In this document: in pieces, positions 1-8,451 of the stretch
Numbering within the stretch: position 1 is the stretch's first letter
How the letters are laid out: every line of letters begins with the position of its first letter
Assembly: GCA_021650915.1 (NCBI GenBank)
Contig: CP091279.1
Location: forward strand, 3,510,001 to 3,542,000
Length of the DNA stretch: 32,000 nt
Reading direction: 5' to 3'
Source: Candidatus Brocadia sp.
GTDB taxonomy: Bacteria > Planctomycetota > Brocadiia > Brocadiales > Brocadiaceae
The notes under the pieces: generated by a model
Databases searched by the model: none
What the model saw: only the letters and a program-made list of their open reading frames with translations
What the model was told of the DNA's origin: nothing
Translations under genes and position numbers: made by a program

Positions 1-778
1 CCCCGATCACCTACCATGGTCACCCCGGTGCACCCAAACCGTTCTGCCGTCTTCTTTACCTGAGACTCAAAGGTCTTTGGGTCCTGAGTATTGCCCCGAA
101 AAACCTCCGTGGACACCGGCTCCCCAAATTCATCACACAGCATACCAATCACGATCTGCTTCTTCCCCTTCTTGCCGTCACGATTATACCCGTACTCACC
201 AAAACGATTCTGCTCCCCTCCAGATAACTGCTCGTCACGTCATACAGAAACAGCTTCGGCTTCTTGCCTGCCCGTCTTGCCTCAAACAACGTTCGCTCTA
301 TCCTCGCCTGTTGCTCCGATAACCACGATAAATTATCGTAGAGATCATTCTCGTCGAACCCCCGCTTCATACCCAGCACATCACCCGCTGCATGCACATG
401 CGCCAGCCGCACCGCCGAGAGTCTTGACCCCTGATTTATCACCCGCGCCATTACCTGCCACAGCGCCAGTCTCCCTTGAAAATCCTTCCCCAACGCCTCC
501 TCTATCCCTAATTCCTTTGCCACCTGGTACACACTCCAGATCGCCCCCACGGACATCCCCTCCTGGAGTTCCACCGATCCTGACAATGCCCCCAATGCAG
601 TGAGATCCTCTTTATGGCTGAGGGCAAGCTTTATCGCTTCTATCTCCCGCGATGTGCAGTTCGACAGATTTGCAATGGTACGCTTCCTGACCTTTCCGCC
701 TTCCCGATACGATTCCCGCAAAAGAATGGAGCGATAGATTTTTTTGCCGGATTTTGATTTGTTTTCCACAATATGCAT
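1..778 (-). pseudogene. IS1634-family (IS4-like DDE) transposase, N-terminal part; frameshifted, continues beyond the left edge of the window
   Basis: ORF 149..778 reads MHIVENKSKSGKKIYRSILLRESYREGGKVRKRT...LFLYDVTSSYLEG and then terminates after junk. Reading one frame over from the G4 run (plus-strand CCCC at 215-218) gives GEQNRFGEYGYNRDGKKGKKQIVIGMLCDEFGEPVSTEVFRGNTQDPKTFESQVKKTAERFGCTGVTMVGDRG, open to position 1. This is the expected continuation for this transposase family (recognised from memory). Confidence 0.85.
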
Positions 779-895
779 GTCTACTATAATATACTATATT
801 ATTCAACATTTCAAGCACATTATTGAATAATAACAATATATTAGTGACTACATAATTGCAGACAAAACCACACTAACTACCAATATATTAAATAC

Positions 896-1273
896 TTACG
901 TGGTTTGCTTGGGGTGAACATCCGTTTTTAACTCCTTTGATATGTCAACAAACTTTGTCAGGAGCTTCTTTGAAACCCCCATCCCCTGGAATTCTGGCAA
1001 GACCGCCAAAGAAAAGATAACGATATTTTTCCCGTCTCTCACATGACCAACCATGTCCTTGAATGCCTCATCCGTTATATCCTCTTTGTTTGTCGATCCG
1101 CTGTTAATCATCCCAACGATTTGCCCGTGCGATTCAGCAACGAGAAATCCCTCAGGAAACATCTGTATGCGCTTCTGAATCTTTTCCCTCGTTGCCGCAT
1201 CAGACGTATAACAAACAGACTCGATGACATAACAGGCATCTGAATCGTGTTCCGTAACGCGTCGAATTCTCAT
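896..1273 (-). CDS. GNAT-family N-acetyltransferase, probably 3'-truncated
   Basis: The likely start is the internal Met (MRIRRVTEHD...) of track ORF 896..1378. Acetyl-CoA motif A is present (LPEFQGMGVSKKLL). Only about 30 aa follow it, ending in an unrelated tail (KTDVHPKQTT), so the C-terminal GNAT strands are missing. The gene abuts the AT-rich end of the IS1634-like element. Confidence 0.7.
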   Translation of the reverse strand: MRIRRVTEHDSDACYVIESVCYTSDAATREKIQKRIQMFPEGFLVAESHGQIVGMINSGSTNKEDITDEAFKDMVGHVRDGKNIVIFSLAVLPEFQGMGVSKKLLTKFVDISKELKTDVHPKQTT

Positions 1274-1442
1274 AGCAGTGCGACCACAAAAACACCTTGT
1301 ATCGAAAAAATCCCCCCTGAATACCTTAACCAGGATAAATCGGAAGGACAAAATCTGAAGCACGAATACGTGAGACAACCCTGTCAGGGTTACTTTTACT
1401 GCACGGGGATATTAAATCCTGCAATGGCTTCACTTCTTGTAT

Positions 1443-2576
1443 TTACTTAATGACTACCGGCACCGGTGCGTTTCTGTTTGAGGCAGAACCGTCTCCCAGT
1501 TGGCCGTTCTTGTTTAATCCCCATGCCCACACCGTGCCATCAGATCTCAGGGCAAGGCTGTGTTGTCCGCCGCAGGAAACAGAAGTAACATGATCAAGGT
1601 TTTTTACGAGCGTGGGGAGCCCTCTACCCATGTTCGTTGCATCACCCAATTGACCCAAATTATTGCTGCCCCACGCCCAGACGGTTCCATCCGACTTCAG
1701 AGCAAGGGTATGATCTCCACCTCCGTCAGTTGCAATGACATTTTTCAGTCCTTCCACCGGACATGGGGTGCTCCTGCTGTCAGCCGTAGCGTCTCCCAAC
1801 TGACCATACTGGTTAAATCCCCACGTCAGAACAACGCCGTTATTCTTCAGGGCAATGCTGTGATCTCCTCCGCAATTGATACCAATAATGCCTTCAAGTC
1901 CTCTGAGTGAAACAGGGATTACCCGGTCAGCGGTGGAAGCGTCTCCCACCTGACCGTATTGGTTCGATCCCCAGGCCAAAACCGAACCGTCTGCCTTACG
2001 GGCAAGACTATGATACCCTCCAACGGCAAGGGAAGTAACGTCCTCCATCGCCCTTGTCGGCACGGGCGTTTGTCTATCGGTTGTGGTCCCGTCCCCTAAT
2101 TGCCCATATTCATTTCTTCCCCACGCCCAAACGGTTCCATCTGACTTCAAGACGATACTATGCTGCCCCTTTGTGGCAATTGCCGTAATACCACGAAGAT
2201 CAGTCACCGGTACCGGTGTATTCCTGCTTCTTGTTGTGCCATCCCCTAATTGCCCTGCCCAGTTGGCTCCCCACGCCCAGACCGTGCCGTCCCTCTTCAG
2301 CGCCAAACTGTGCCACACGCCTCCGGCAATTGCAGCGACATTATCCAAACCCTTGACCGGTGCTGGTGTTTTCCTGTCGCTATTGGTTCCGTCACCAAGC
2401 TGCCCATGAACATTTAATCCCCATGCCCACACCGTGCCGTCTGATCGCAAAGCCAGGCTATGAAAACCTCCGCAGGATATCTGTATGATAACCGCTGCGA
2501 AGGCAGCTTGGCCAGAAAGCAAGCACAGGACAAACGAGATTACCAGCCCGTATGCCATGCTATGTCTGGTATGCAT
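1443..2576 (-). CDS. Secreted RCC1-repeat (seven-bladed beta-propeller) protein
   Basis: N-terminal signal peptide (MAYGLVISFVLCLLSGQAAFA). It is followed by seven repeats of about 50 aa of the type GGxHSLALxSDGTVWAWGxNxxGQLGDGT. The repeat periodicity is also visible at the DNA level. Confidence 0.9.
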   Translation of the reverse strand: MHTRHSMAYGLVISFVLCLLSGQAAFAAVIIQISCGGFHSLALRSDGTVWAWGLNVHGQLGDGTNSDRKTPAPVKGLDNVAAIAGGVWHSLALKRDGTVWAWGANWAGQLGDGTTRSRNTPVPVTDLRGITAIATKGQHSIVLKSDGTVWAWGRNEYGQLGDGTTTDRQTPVPTRAMEDVTSLAVGGYHSLARKADGSVLAWGSNQYGQVGDASTADRVIPVSLRGLEGIIGINCGGDHSIALKNNGVVLTWGFNQYGQLGDATADSRSTPCPVEGLKNVIATDGGGDHTLALKSDGTVWAWGSNNLGQLGDATNMGRGLPTLVKNLDHVTSVSCGGQHSLALRSDGTVWAWGLNKNGQLGDGSASNRNAPVPVVIK

Positions 2577-2744
2577 AGCGTATCATCCCTTCCCAGGTAA
2601 AACCTGTAAAATAATTCCATTGCTGAGAAATCTCAAACTTTCTGCTCCTACCTTACACACCCCCAACCCCCTTGTTCGGCTGAGCGCCCACAACGAAGTC
2701 TAAAGGGGAATCACTGAGCGTCCCCCTCTTCATTCCTTAGTTTG

Positions 2745-5312
2745 CTAAGGGAGGATTGGTTGCGGCTGCGCTGCGGTATGGATCATTATGGCCAGTGAAT
2801 TCATACCATGTAACGGCAGGCTGATAGAAAACGCTGTTCCGGTCCCTTCTTTGCTTTCCAGATAAATAGCTCCCTCATGATCCTGTATTATCCGATACAC
2901 GATGGCAAGGCCGAGCCCTGTCCCCTTCTCTTTACTCGTAAAAAAGGGCTCAAAGATGTGTTTCATTTTTTCTCCAGGGATCCCCATGCCGTTATCAGAG
3001 ACCTCTATTACAAAATAGTGCTTGTTGGATTGATCTCCCTGGTGGGGAGAAAATGAAAAGAATATACTGCTCGGATGCTCCTTTGCCCTGGTTTTGAACT
3101 CAGAAAGCGTGTCTATAATACGGGTATTCACCTGAATGCGGCCGTTTTTTGGTAGTGCGTCCAGGCTATTTTGCATAACATTGAGGAGCACTTGCTTTAT
3201 CTTGTCCTCATCCGCAATGATCTGACATTGTTTCTCTTCCAGCGACGCAGTTATTTCAACCCCTTTATCCGCAGCGGTATGCCTGAGCAAGTTTACGGTG
3301 TCTGTGACACAACAGCAGGGGTCTATATATCGTATGACGGGCTGAGAGGGTTTTGCCAGATTGAGCATGTCTTCAATAATTCTGTTGATCCTTCCGATTT
3401 CTTTTAAGGCAATCTCACGGAAATTGGTGTGAAACTCCACATCGTCTTTTTTGTAGGGAAGGAGCTGAAAATAGGTGTTTATGGCGACGAGTGGGTTTTT
3501 TATTTCATGGGCGATATTCGAGGCAAGGGTGCCAAGGTATGCAAGCCGGTCGGCATGCTGCTTTTCTGCCTGGAGCAATTTCAGTTCTGTCAGGTCAGTC
3601 AGGATCATGAGTGCGCCAAGTTTTTCTCCTGCTGCGGTTTTCAACTGAGTGATCGTCACGCCGCACGGGACTTTTTTCCTGTCTCTCTCGATGAATGTTT
3701 CGAGGTCACGATAGTCTACGTTATTCTTAAGGCTGTGTCTCAGTAAATTGTGAGTATCCTTATTGAGGGCGCTGAGCACAGATCCATCCGAGCCGGTATT
3801 TTCCAGGCCAAGGATCATTTTTGCCTCATGATTGATCATCGTGACTTCTTCGTGAATATCCACGGCGATCACCCCGCATTTTAAACTCTGGAGGATATTG
3901 TCCCGGTAGGTCTTTGCTTCATCCAATCCTGCATAGAGACGGGCATTGTGGACAGCCATTGCCAACTGGCCGGAAAACGCAAGAAACATCTGAATATCTT
4001 CCTGGGTAAAAACCTTTTTGTTCACTTTCCTTCCCAGAAGAATTATCCCGAAGAGGTCTTTTCCCATATGGACGGGCAGGCAGCTATCGACATCCAGGGA
4101 TGCCAGCGTTTCCTCCAGCAACCGGTCATATTCATTGTGCCGAAAACGGGTCAATTGCTCTTTGGAAAGAACGGTTCGATTCTTACAGAGCCAGGAGACC
4201 ACGGCATCCTGTCCGTTAAGGAATATCGTGTCAGGGGCAGTGATGTTGAGGGATGCCTGCATATGGTACCGCTTGGTTTTTTCATTTCGTATCAATATTC
4301 CTATTTTCTCAATGCCTATAGAGTCATATAAATATTGAATGGCAAAATGGAGCATTCTGTTTAAATCGTGGATTGATGAAAACATTACCGTAGAATCGCT
4401 CAGTATTTTCGGATAGCTATACTTGGTGCGGAATAAACTATTCTCAATAAAATGATGAATCAATTCTCTGGCAGGCACAAAGGTTAAGACCATTACGATA
4501 ATAGAAACTACGCTTGTGATGGTCTCCGTATACTCTGATACCGGAAGTATCCTGCTCATGATGAATCCGACCGTAAAATAGATGATAGTGAGAGTAACGG
4601 ACAGAGCAGCGTAAACGGTACTGCGCTTGATTACTACGCTGATGTCCATGAGGTGGTATTTTGCAATAGCGTAAGCAACGGCAATCGGAATGGGAACAGC
4701 TACCAGGGGCACGAACGCCTCAACTTGCCACACACCGAACATTGGCAAGAGGAAATTGGTGATAATACCAAGAAACACAGACACCGCCACCCCGAAGTAC
4801 AAATACTGAACCTGCAATCTCTTGATGCCATAAAAATGCGTGCTTTTCCGGTAAAGGGAATATAAGGAGTACGCCATACAGGCGATAAAATAAAACCAAA
4901 ACAGGTGGAATAGTGAACTGTATGCAGCCTGGGGAAATTGCTCTACAAAGTACACAGATTTGACAATAGAGGAAGAAAGGAACAGAAGAAGGATGCTTAT
5001 GGCAGAAAAGGATATATTTAAATACCGATCAACCGGTCTTTTCGCCTGGTCAGGGAAGACAGATGAAAAAGAGAAAAAGGCGGGAGGGATGAAGGCCGCC
5101 GCACAGAAAACCAACCGAAGTCTGAAAGTAGCCAATTCGGGATTTGTTGTCCGAAGTAAAAAAAAGATAAAGAATACCCATACTGCGATAATTTGTGCAA
5201 AGAGACAAAATCTCTTGTTGATGACGTTTGCCGGATTTTTAAAGAGTACGAGGATTCCCAGTCCGGCAATCAGCAGGAAGATAAAGATAAATACTGACTG
5301 ACTTGCAAGCAT
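2745..5312 (-). CDS. Membrane sensor histidine kinase (about 9 TM helices, GAF-like, PAS, HisKA, HATPase_c)
   Basis: The hydrophobic N-terminal third contains about 9 predicted helices. PAS-like core CGVIAVDIHEEVTMINHEAKMILGL. H-box LASNIAHEIKNPL. ATPase boxes DNGMGI and GTGLGLAIV. The ATG lies 11 nt downstream of the KAS stop codon. Confidence 0.9.
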   Translation of the reverse strand: MLASQSVFIFIFLLIAGLGILVLFKNPANVINKRFCLFAQIIAVWVFFIFFLLRTTNPELATFRLRLVFCAAAFIPPAFFSFSSVFPDQAKRPVDRYLNISFSAISILLLFLSSSIVKSVYFVEQFPQAAYSSLFHLFWFYFIACMAYSLYSLYRKSTHFYGIKRLQVQYLYFGVAVSVFLGIITNFLLPMFGVWQVEAFVPLVAVPIPIAVAYAIAKYHLMDISVVIKRSTVYAALSVTLTIIYFTVGFIMSRILPVSEYTETITSVVSIIVMVLTFVPARELIHHFIENSLFRTKYSYPKILSDSTVMFSSIHDLNRMLHFAIQYLYDSIGIEKIGILIRNEKTKRYHMQASLNITAPDTIFLNGQDAVVSWLCKNRTVLSKEQLTRFRHNEYDRLLEETLASLDVDSCLPVHMGKDLFGIILLGRKVNKKVFTQEDIQMFLAFSGQLAMAVHNARLYAGLDEAKTYRDNILQSLKCGVIAVDIHEEVTMINHEAKMILGLENTGSDGSVLSALNKDTHNLLRHSLKNNVDYRDLETFIERDRKKVPCGVTITQLKTAAGEKLGALMILTDLTELKLLQAEKQHADRLAYLGTLASNIAHEIKNPLVAINTYFQLLPYKKDDVEFHTNFREIALKEIGRINRIIEDMLNLAKPSQPVIRYIDPCCCVTDTVNLLRHTAADKGVEITASLEEKQCQIIADEDKIKQVLLNVMQNSLDALPKNGRIQVNTRIIDTLSEFKTRAKEHPSSIFFSFSPHQGDQSNKHYFVIEVSDNGMGIPGEKMKHIFEPFFTSKEKGTGLGLAIVYRIIQDHEGAIYLESKEGTGTAFSISLPLHGMNSLAIMIHTAAQPQPILP

Positions 5313-5323
5313 AAGCTACATTC

Positions 5324-6568
5324 CTAAGGATATTTCCTTAGCACAAGAACGGCGTGTGTTCCGCCAACACTATGGCTGTTTATGAGCGCTGTATCCATGG
5401 AGAAACGCCTGGCATGGAGAGGGACATAATCAAGATCACAGAGAGGATCAGGCGTATCAAGATTAATGGTAGGCGTAACAAAGCCGTTCCTAAGACAGAG
5501 GCTCGTTGCAACGACCTGAAAGCCACCGCCGGCTGCGTAAGCCTGGCCAGTCATGGACTTAATTGAACTGATGGGAATTTTATACGCATGAGTTCCAAAG
5601 AATGTTTTAAATGCGTTTGTTTCCGATATATCATAGGTGGGAATGGCATTCCCATGAGCGCAGATATAGTCAATTACTTCTTTTTTCATCCTGCCAGAGA
5701 CCAGTGCATGTTCCAATGCAGAGACCAGCGCCTGTCCGCTGACGTCAACCCGAACAACGTCCAGTGCATCACAGGTAGATGCATACGATACAATCTCTGC
5801 ATAGATTGTTGCCCCTCTGTCTCGCGCGTGATTCAGTTCCTCGATCACCACAGCAGCGCCACCTTCGCTAATCACCATGCCATCACGATCCTTATCGTAT
5901 GGCCGCGAGGCCTTTTCAGGCGCTTCATTCCTTTTCGAGAGAATTCCCAAAGCACAGAAGGTGGACATAGCAAACGGGAAGATGGGAGCATCAGAGCTTC
6001 CCACAATGGCCACATCTACCTCTCCCCGTTTTACCATGGTAAAGCCCCAGTTTACCACTTCAAGCCCGGTTGAGCATCCCGATGACAGGGTTGAATTCGG
6101 TCCGGAAATTCTTAATTCCGAACATATGTAACCCGTTGTTACATGAGGTGTAAACTCAGGGGCGGTAAAACGGTTAACCGCCTTTGGGCCGAATTCTAAG
6201 AATCTCCTGTGCTGACCTTCATAGATATCGTTTTCTGCCCCGATCGTTGTTCCGAAACAGACACCGCACCGGGAGCGATTCTCATTGTTGAGGTTAATGC
6301 CGGAATCTGCAACCGCCATCTTTGATGCGGCAACACCAAAGTGGGTAAACCTTCCACTTCTTTTGACCAGTTTTGGATCAAAGTAATCGCAGGGATTAAA
6401 GTCTTTTACTTCGCCCGCAATCTGAGTGCTGAAAGGGGATGGATCAAAGGAGGCAATTTTTTTGATACCTGATTGCCCATTGATAAGCGCATTCCAGTAT
6501 GCGTCTTTCCCGTTGCCATTCGGGGCTAATATTCCCAAGCCGGTGATAACAACCCTCCTGGTCAGCAT
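5324..6568 (-). CDS. FabF-like beta-ketoacyl synthase (KAS II / type II PKS KS-alpha-like) with an atypical active site
   Basis: RRVVITGLGILAPNGNG at the N-terminus. Active-site Cys165 in SSGCSTGLE (codon 6074-6076). His305 in CAHGNAIPTYD (5654-5656). The second catalytic His position reads SIKSMTGQAYAAGG, i.e. Gln342 (codon CAG at 5543-5545). The start overlaps the upstream rSAM stop (ATGCTGA). Confidence 0.9.
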   Translation of the reverse strand: MLTRRVVITGLGILAPNGNGKDAYWNALINGQSGIKKIASFDPSPFSTQIAGEVKDFNPCDYFDPKLVKRSGRFTHFGVAASKMAVADSGINLNNENRSRCGVCFGTTIGAENDIYEGQHRRFLEFGPKAVNRFTAPEFTPHVTTGYICSELRISGPNSTLSSGCSTGLEVVNWGFTMVKRGEVDVAIVGSSDAPIFPFAMSTFCALGILSKRNEAPEKASRPYDKDRDGMVISEGGAAVVIEELNHARDRGATIYAEIVSYASTCDALDVVRVDVSGQALVSALEHALVSGRMKKEVIDYICAHGNAIPTYDISETNAFKTFFGTHAYKIPISSIKSMTGQAYAAGGGFQVVATSLCLRNGFVTPTINLDTPDPLCDLDYVPLHARRFSMDTALINSHSVGGTHAVLVLRKYP

Positions 6569-8388
6569 AAAACTTTTTCTCTCTCAGAAACATCACGCTC
6601 TGACGAAGAGAAATTTCTTTCTGCCAGGTTGCGGCTGTATGCATTTATTTTCTGGTAAACGTCTTTCAGAAAGCGGTAATCTGTCGTTAATAAAGCCAAA
6701 TCACTCTTCATCTTAAATTCCTCCAATCCTCTCTGGCCTGTAAAACCAGCGCTCCTTGCCGCAAGGCAATGTTCATCGGAGACATTTACGGTATAGCCCA
6801 TCTCTCTGACCTTTTTCTCCATGAGTCCGGACAATGCAAGCATGTCCAGGAACTTCAGTCCATGCAAGGAGATGTCCAGCTCAGGCCAGGTACTTGGGTC
6901 CTTGGTCAGTTCATACTCATAACGCAAGATCGTCTGAAAATAATCTTCCGGCAGATTAAACCCAAATCTTTCCGGCTCTGTTTGCCATGCCGTACCAGGC
7001 AGAGGTGCGGCCGGGGTTATTAAAACCGAATCCGGTTTGCAATGTTCATTTTTTAATCTCTGGAGTAAAGAGAGGTTCTCTTCCAAAATCTGCCCATGTG
7101 TTATACCACTTCCCGGAGGCAATGGGCAAGGATAAATCATACTTATTCCTACATCAAGATGTCGCCCTTCGTTGGAAGCGGCTTGTTTTATGGCCTGAAT
7201 CGTAAAATAAAAATCTTCCAGGGAATTGCCTTTTTGCATACTACGGGAAAGGATATCGTTGTTTGCAACCTCAACGCCGAGAAAAACCGCCCTTAGTCCG
7301 GAACGTATTATTTTCTCATAGGCTGCTACCAGTTCCGCGGCTCTCTCCCCTGCCTTGGTCTCTGCCCGGATGAACATTGAGTACTCAATATGTAAACCAT
7401 TCGATAATAAAGCATCAGCGATCCGTCTGCTCAGCGAAACAGGCGTTGAAGACCCTGCAAAACGAAAGAGTCCAATGCCCGTTTCCCTTATCGTATATTT
7501 TATTTCCTGAATCGTCAGGGCAACGTCTCTTGCCTGATACCTGCCGGTAATATTTGGATGGGTGCAAAAATTACACCTTCCGTAATAGCAACCGGAAGAT
7601 TCATTTATAACCGCGATGTTTACCTTCCCATCCTCCTTTTCATACAAGGGAAAAGATTTTGAGTTTAAAGGAAGTCTCTTAACCGGTGTATTTTTTATGA
7701 TACCGTTGGCATCTCTATATATCAGGTTACTGATCTTACCCGTTTCTGCAAGTTCAACAACCTTCTTTATTATCGTGGATTTTGTGCCTCCCAGGGCATA
7801 GGTTTCCCGCACGATGGTAAGAATCTGCACCAGGGTCACCTCGCCCTCGGCATCAATGCAAAAATCAAAAGGGCTTCTTTCCAGTGCATGCCTTTTAAAT
7901 TGATTAACCTGTGGCCCACCGGCAATGACCAGGGTCTCCGGGCTGTGTTCCTTTACCTTTTGCGCAAGCTTTTCAGAATAGCGAAATCTGTCGCCGAGCC
8001 AGGTCTTTATTCCGAGCACTTTAACACGATTGTTACGCATCTCGCGAGCTAGAGAGACAAGGTACCTTTCCATTTTTTCCTGGATAATGCCATCAAGGGT
8101 ATCCTGGAGCAGGTTCCACTCTTTCCTGAACGACGCCGTATCGTCTCCCGATTTTGCACCAAAGATGCGGAGAGAGAGTTCTGACAGTCGCGGGGCAAGG
8201 TCGTTTTTGGTAAAGATGGAATAGAATTCAATTTTAGCCGGGTCTTCAATAGCAACCGTAAAACCTGCATCCCTGCATGCCCGGGAGAGTATTCCAATAC
8301 CATTTTCCCGGAAACAATCACTCACGGAATAAGCCTTTCCCATAAAGGAATTCCAAAGCATAAGATCTATCCCATCCGTTGTTTGCAT
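6562..8388 (-). CDS. Radical SAM enzyme with N-terminal B12-binding-domain-like Rossmann region and a long C-terminal extension
   Basis: The cluster motif SGCYYGRCNFCTH (Cys267/272/275, nt 7564-7590) follows a flavodoxin-like segment (VKVLGIKTW...ETLVIAGGPQV). The overall layout matches class B type rSAM enzymes. AGGAG lies 7-11 nt upstream of the ATG. Confidence 0.85.
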   Translation of the reverse strand: MQTTDGIDLMLWNSFMGKAYSVSDCFRENGIGILSRACRDAGFTVAIEDPAKIEFYSIFTKNDLAPRLSELSLRIFGAKSGDDTASFRKEWNLLQDTLDGIIQEKMERYLVSLAREMRNNRVKVLGIKTWLGDRFRYSEKLAQKVKEHSPETLVIAGGPQVNQFKRHALERSPFDFCIDAEGEVTLVQILTIVRETYALGGTKSTIIKKVVELAETGKISNLIYRDANGIIKNTPVKRLPLNSKSFPLYEKEDGKVNIAVINESSGCYYGRCNFCTHPNITGRYQARDVALTIQEIKYTIRETGIGLFRFAGSSTPVSLSRRIADALLSNGLHIEYSMFIRAETKAGERAAELVAAYEKIIRSGLRAVFLGVEVANNDILSRSMQKGNSLEDFYFTIQAIKQAASNEGRHLDVGISMIYPCPLPPGSGITHGQILEENLSLLQRLKNEHCKPDSVLITPAAPLPGTAWQTEPERFGFNLPEDYFQTILRYEYELTKDPSTWPELDISLHGLKFLDMLALSGLMEKKVREMGYTVNVSDEHCLAARSAGFTGQRGLEEFKMKSDLALLTTDYRFLKDVYQKINAYSRNLAERNFSSSERDVSEREKVLC

Positions 8389-8451
8389 AACCGACTCCTA
8401 AAAAGATCTGACGACTATTATTGCCAAGAGGAAAATATCATAAACGCCGAT

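Noticed and set aside
91-603. 170-aa Pro/Ser-rich ORF on the plus strand
   Set aside because: It lies entirely antisense to the clearly homologous IS1634-family transposase. Its low-complexity composition is typical of a shadow ORF.
2664-2673. Motif AAGGGGGTTG recurring three times in intergenic DNA (reverse strand 2664-2673; plus strand 16499-16508 and 22520-22529; two copies share ACAAGGGGGTTG)
   Set aside because: There are only three copies, and their orientation and distance relative to flanking genes are inconsistent. I cannot separate a regulatory site from chance without genome-wide counts.
8408-8426. TGGCAA on the minus strand 35 nt upstream of the rSAM start, as a possible sigma-54 promoter
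   Set aside because: The -24-like half is present, but the position where GC should be reads CG (TGGCAATAATAGTCGT). The geometry fails, so it is not reported as a promoter.
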